From Schmidtea polychroa (Eukaryota): 64,000 nt of DNA. Position 1 is the first letter of the stretch. Each line of letters begins with the position of its first letter. The translations under genes and the position numbers were made by a program. Shown piece by piece: positions 63,026-64,000 of the stretch. The stretch is from NCBI GenBank assembly GCA_044892525.1, contig CM097885.1, forward strand, positions 200,756,001-200,820,000, read 5' to 3'. Under the pieces are notes generated by a model, which was not told the origin of the DNA, made no database searches, and saw only the letters and a program-made list of their open reading frames with translations.

Positions 63026-64000
63026 CTGTCAATTTATTTTAGAAATAGGTATATTAAAAACATTTAAGGTATCATTCAGTAAAATATTAGGTAATATAGT
63101 ATTTTTGAGTATTTTTTAGTTAATTTATAAATAACAGTATTTTAATGTATCAATAAAGACCATATAGTCTGAGTTTATCCGACAAGATATTCTGTCCCCC
63201 TATGAGTATTGGCCATAAGGGTACTGGTCACATTCAACATGTCGCAAGGGTATATTAATTAAGGCACATGTATATCAGTTAGAAATTCTTAGGTGATTTA
63301 GTGAGATGATCATATTTATCAGAAATTCGTGAATATTTTAAATGTAACTTACCAAATTCTTATTTCGAGCGACTAATTTATTGGTTAACTCTGTAGTCAT
63401 TTAAAGTAATTTAAAGCAAAAGGTAATTTATTCATCTAATGTTCTTTACAATAGTTAATATAACTTCGTGATAAATACATGATAAATAAATGGATATTCA
63501 TTGATAATTTTAAATTCTTTATCATTTGGAGCAAATTTGTTCGAGGCAAAAAATATTTAAATAAGTCATAATAGAAATATGGCCATCATTTAACCAATTA
63601 AGGTGCTTAGAAATACATATTATAAAGTTACAATTTTTTTCTAATTTAATGAGATGATCATTGGGCGTAATATATCTTTGCGAGAAATACATAGGTTAAG
63701 ATGTTTGAGTAACCAAAACATGGATATTTTGTGCGATCAATTTATGAATATTGGTCAATTTAGTCATTTAAAATAATAATATTTAGCGAAGGTAATTTAG
63801 CAAAATATCATTGAAAGATTTATCTATCCGATAACAATATTCCTTTAATAGATATTCAACTGATATTCAACTGATTTAATTTCTAGAAATCAAATTAAAA
63901 TCATAAATTTCCTTCAATAAAGATCACTTTTTTAGTTGTTATCGATGTCCAACTTTTAAGTCAATATTCCTCAAGTTTTGTCATCGATACCCCCACAATG

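Overview
Very AT-rich eukaryotic (probably invertebrate animal) scaffold segment with three N gaps (2929-3080, 53831-54007, 58844-59157). Host genes are few and sit on the minus strand. A six-exon Rabex-5/RABGEF1 gene spans 17251->~3670, a TMEM116-like membrane protein gene spans at least 50075->25414, and a deletion-riddled DDX39/UAP56 pseudogene lies at 62465-63025. Introns and intergenic DNA are packed with mobile elements: four compact Ty3/Gypsy LTR retrotransposons (one complete with 5-bp TSD), ~0.8-1 kb solo-LTR-like elements, Penelope-like (GIY-YIG) remnants with minimal hammerhead ribozyme motifs, hAT, pogo and piggyBac remnants, and MITEs. The most unusual signal is a pair of ~4-kb insertions (19741-23884 and 41374-45224). 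Each is bounded by TGTTGG...CCAACA with a 4-bp TSD and has no internal LTR pair and no RT or integrase. Both carry the same inward-pointing CCAAT/TATA promoter, the same predicted three-exon spliced layout and the same unrecognised ~250-aa protein; a third diverged copy of that ORF lies at ~31.3-31.6 kb. All coordinates and alignments were made by eye, and no database searches were run.
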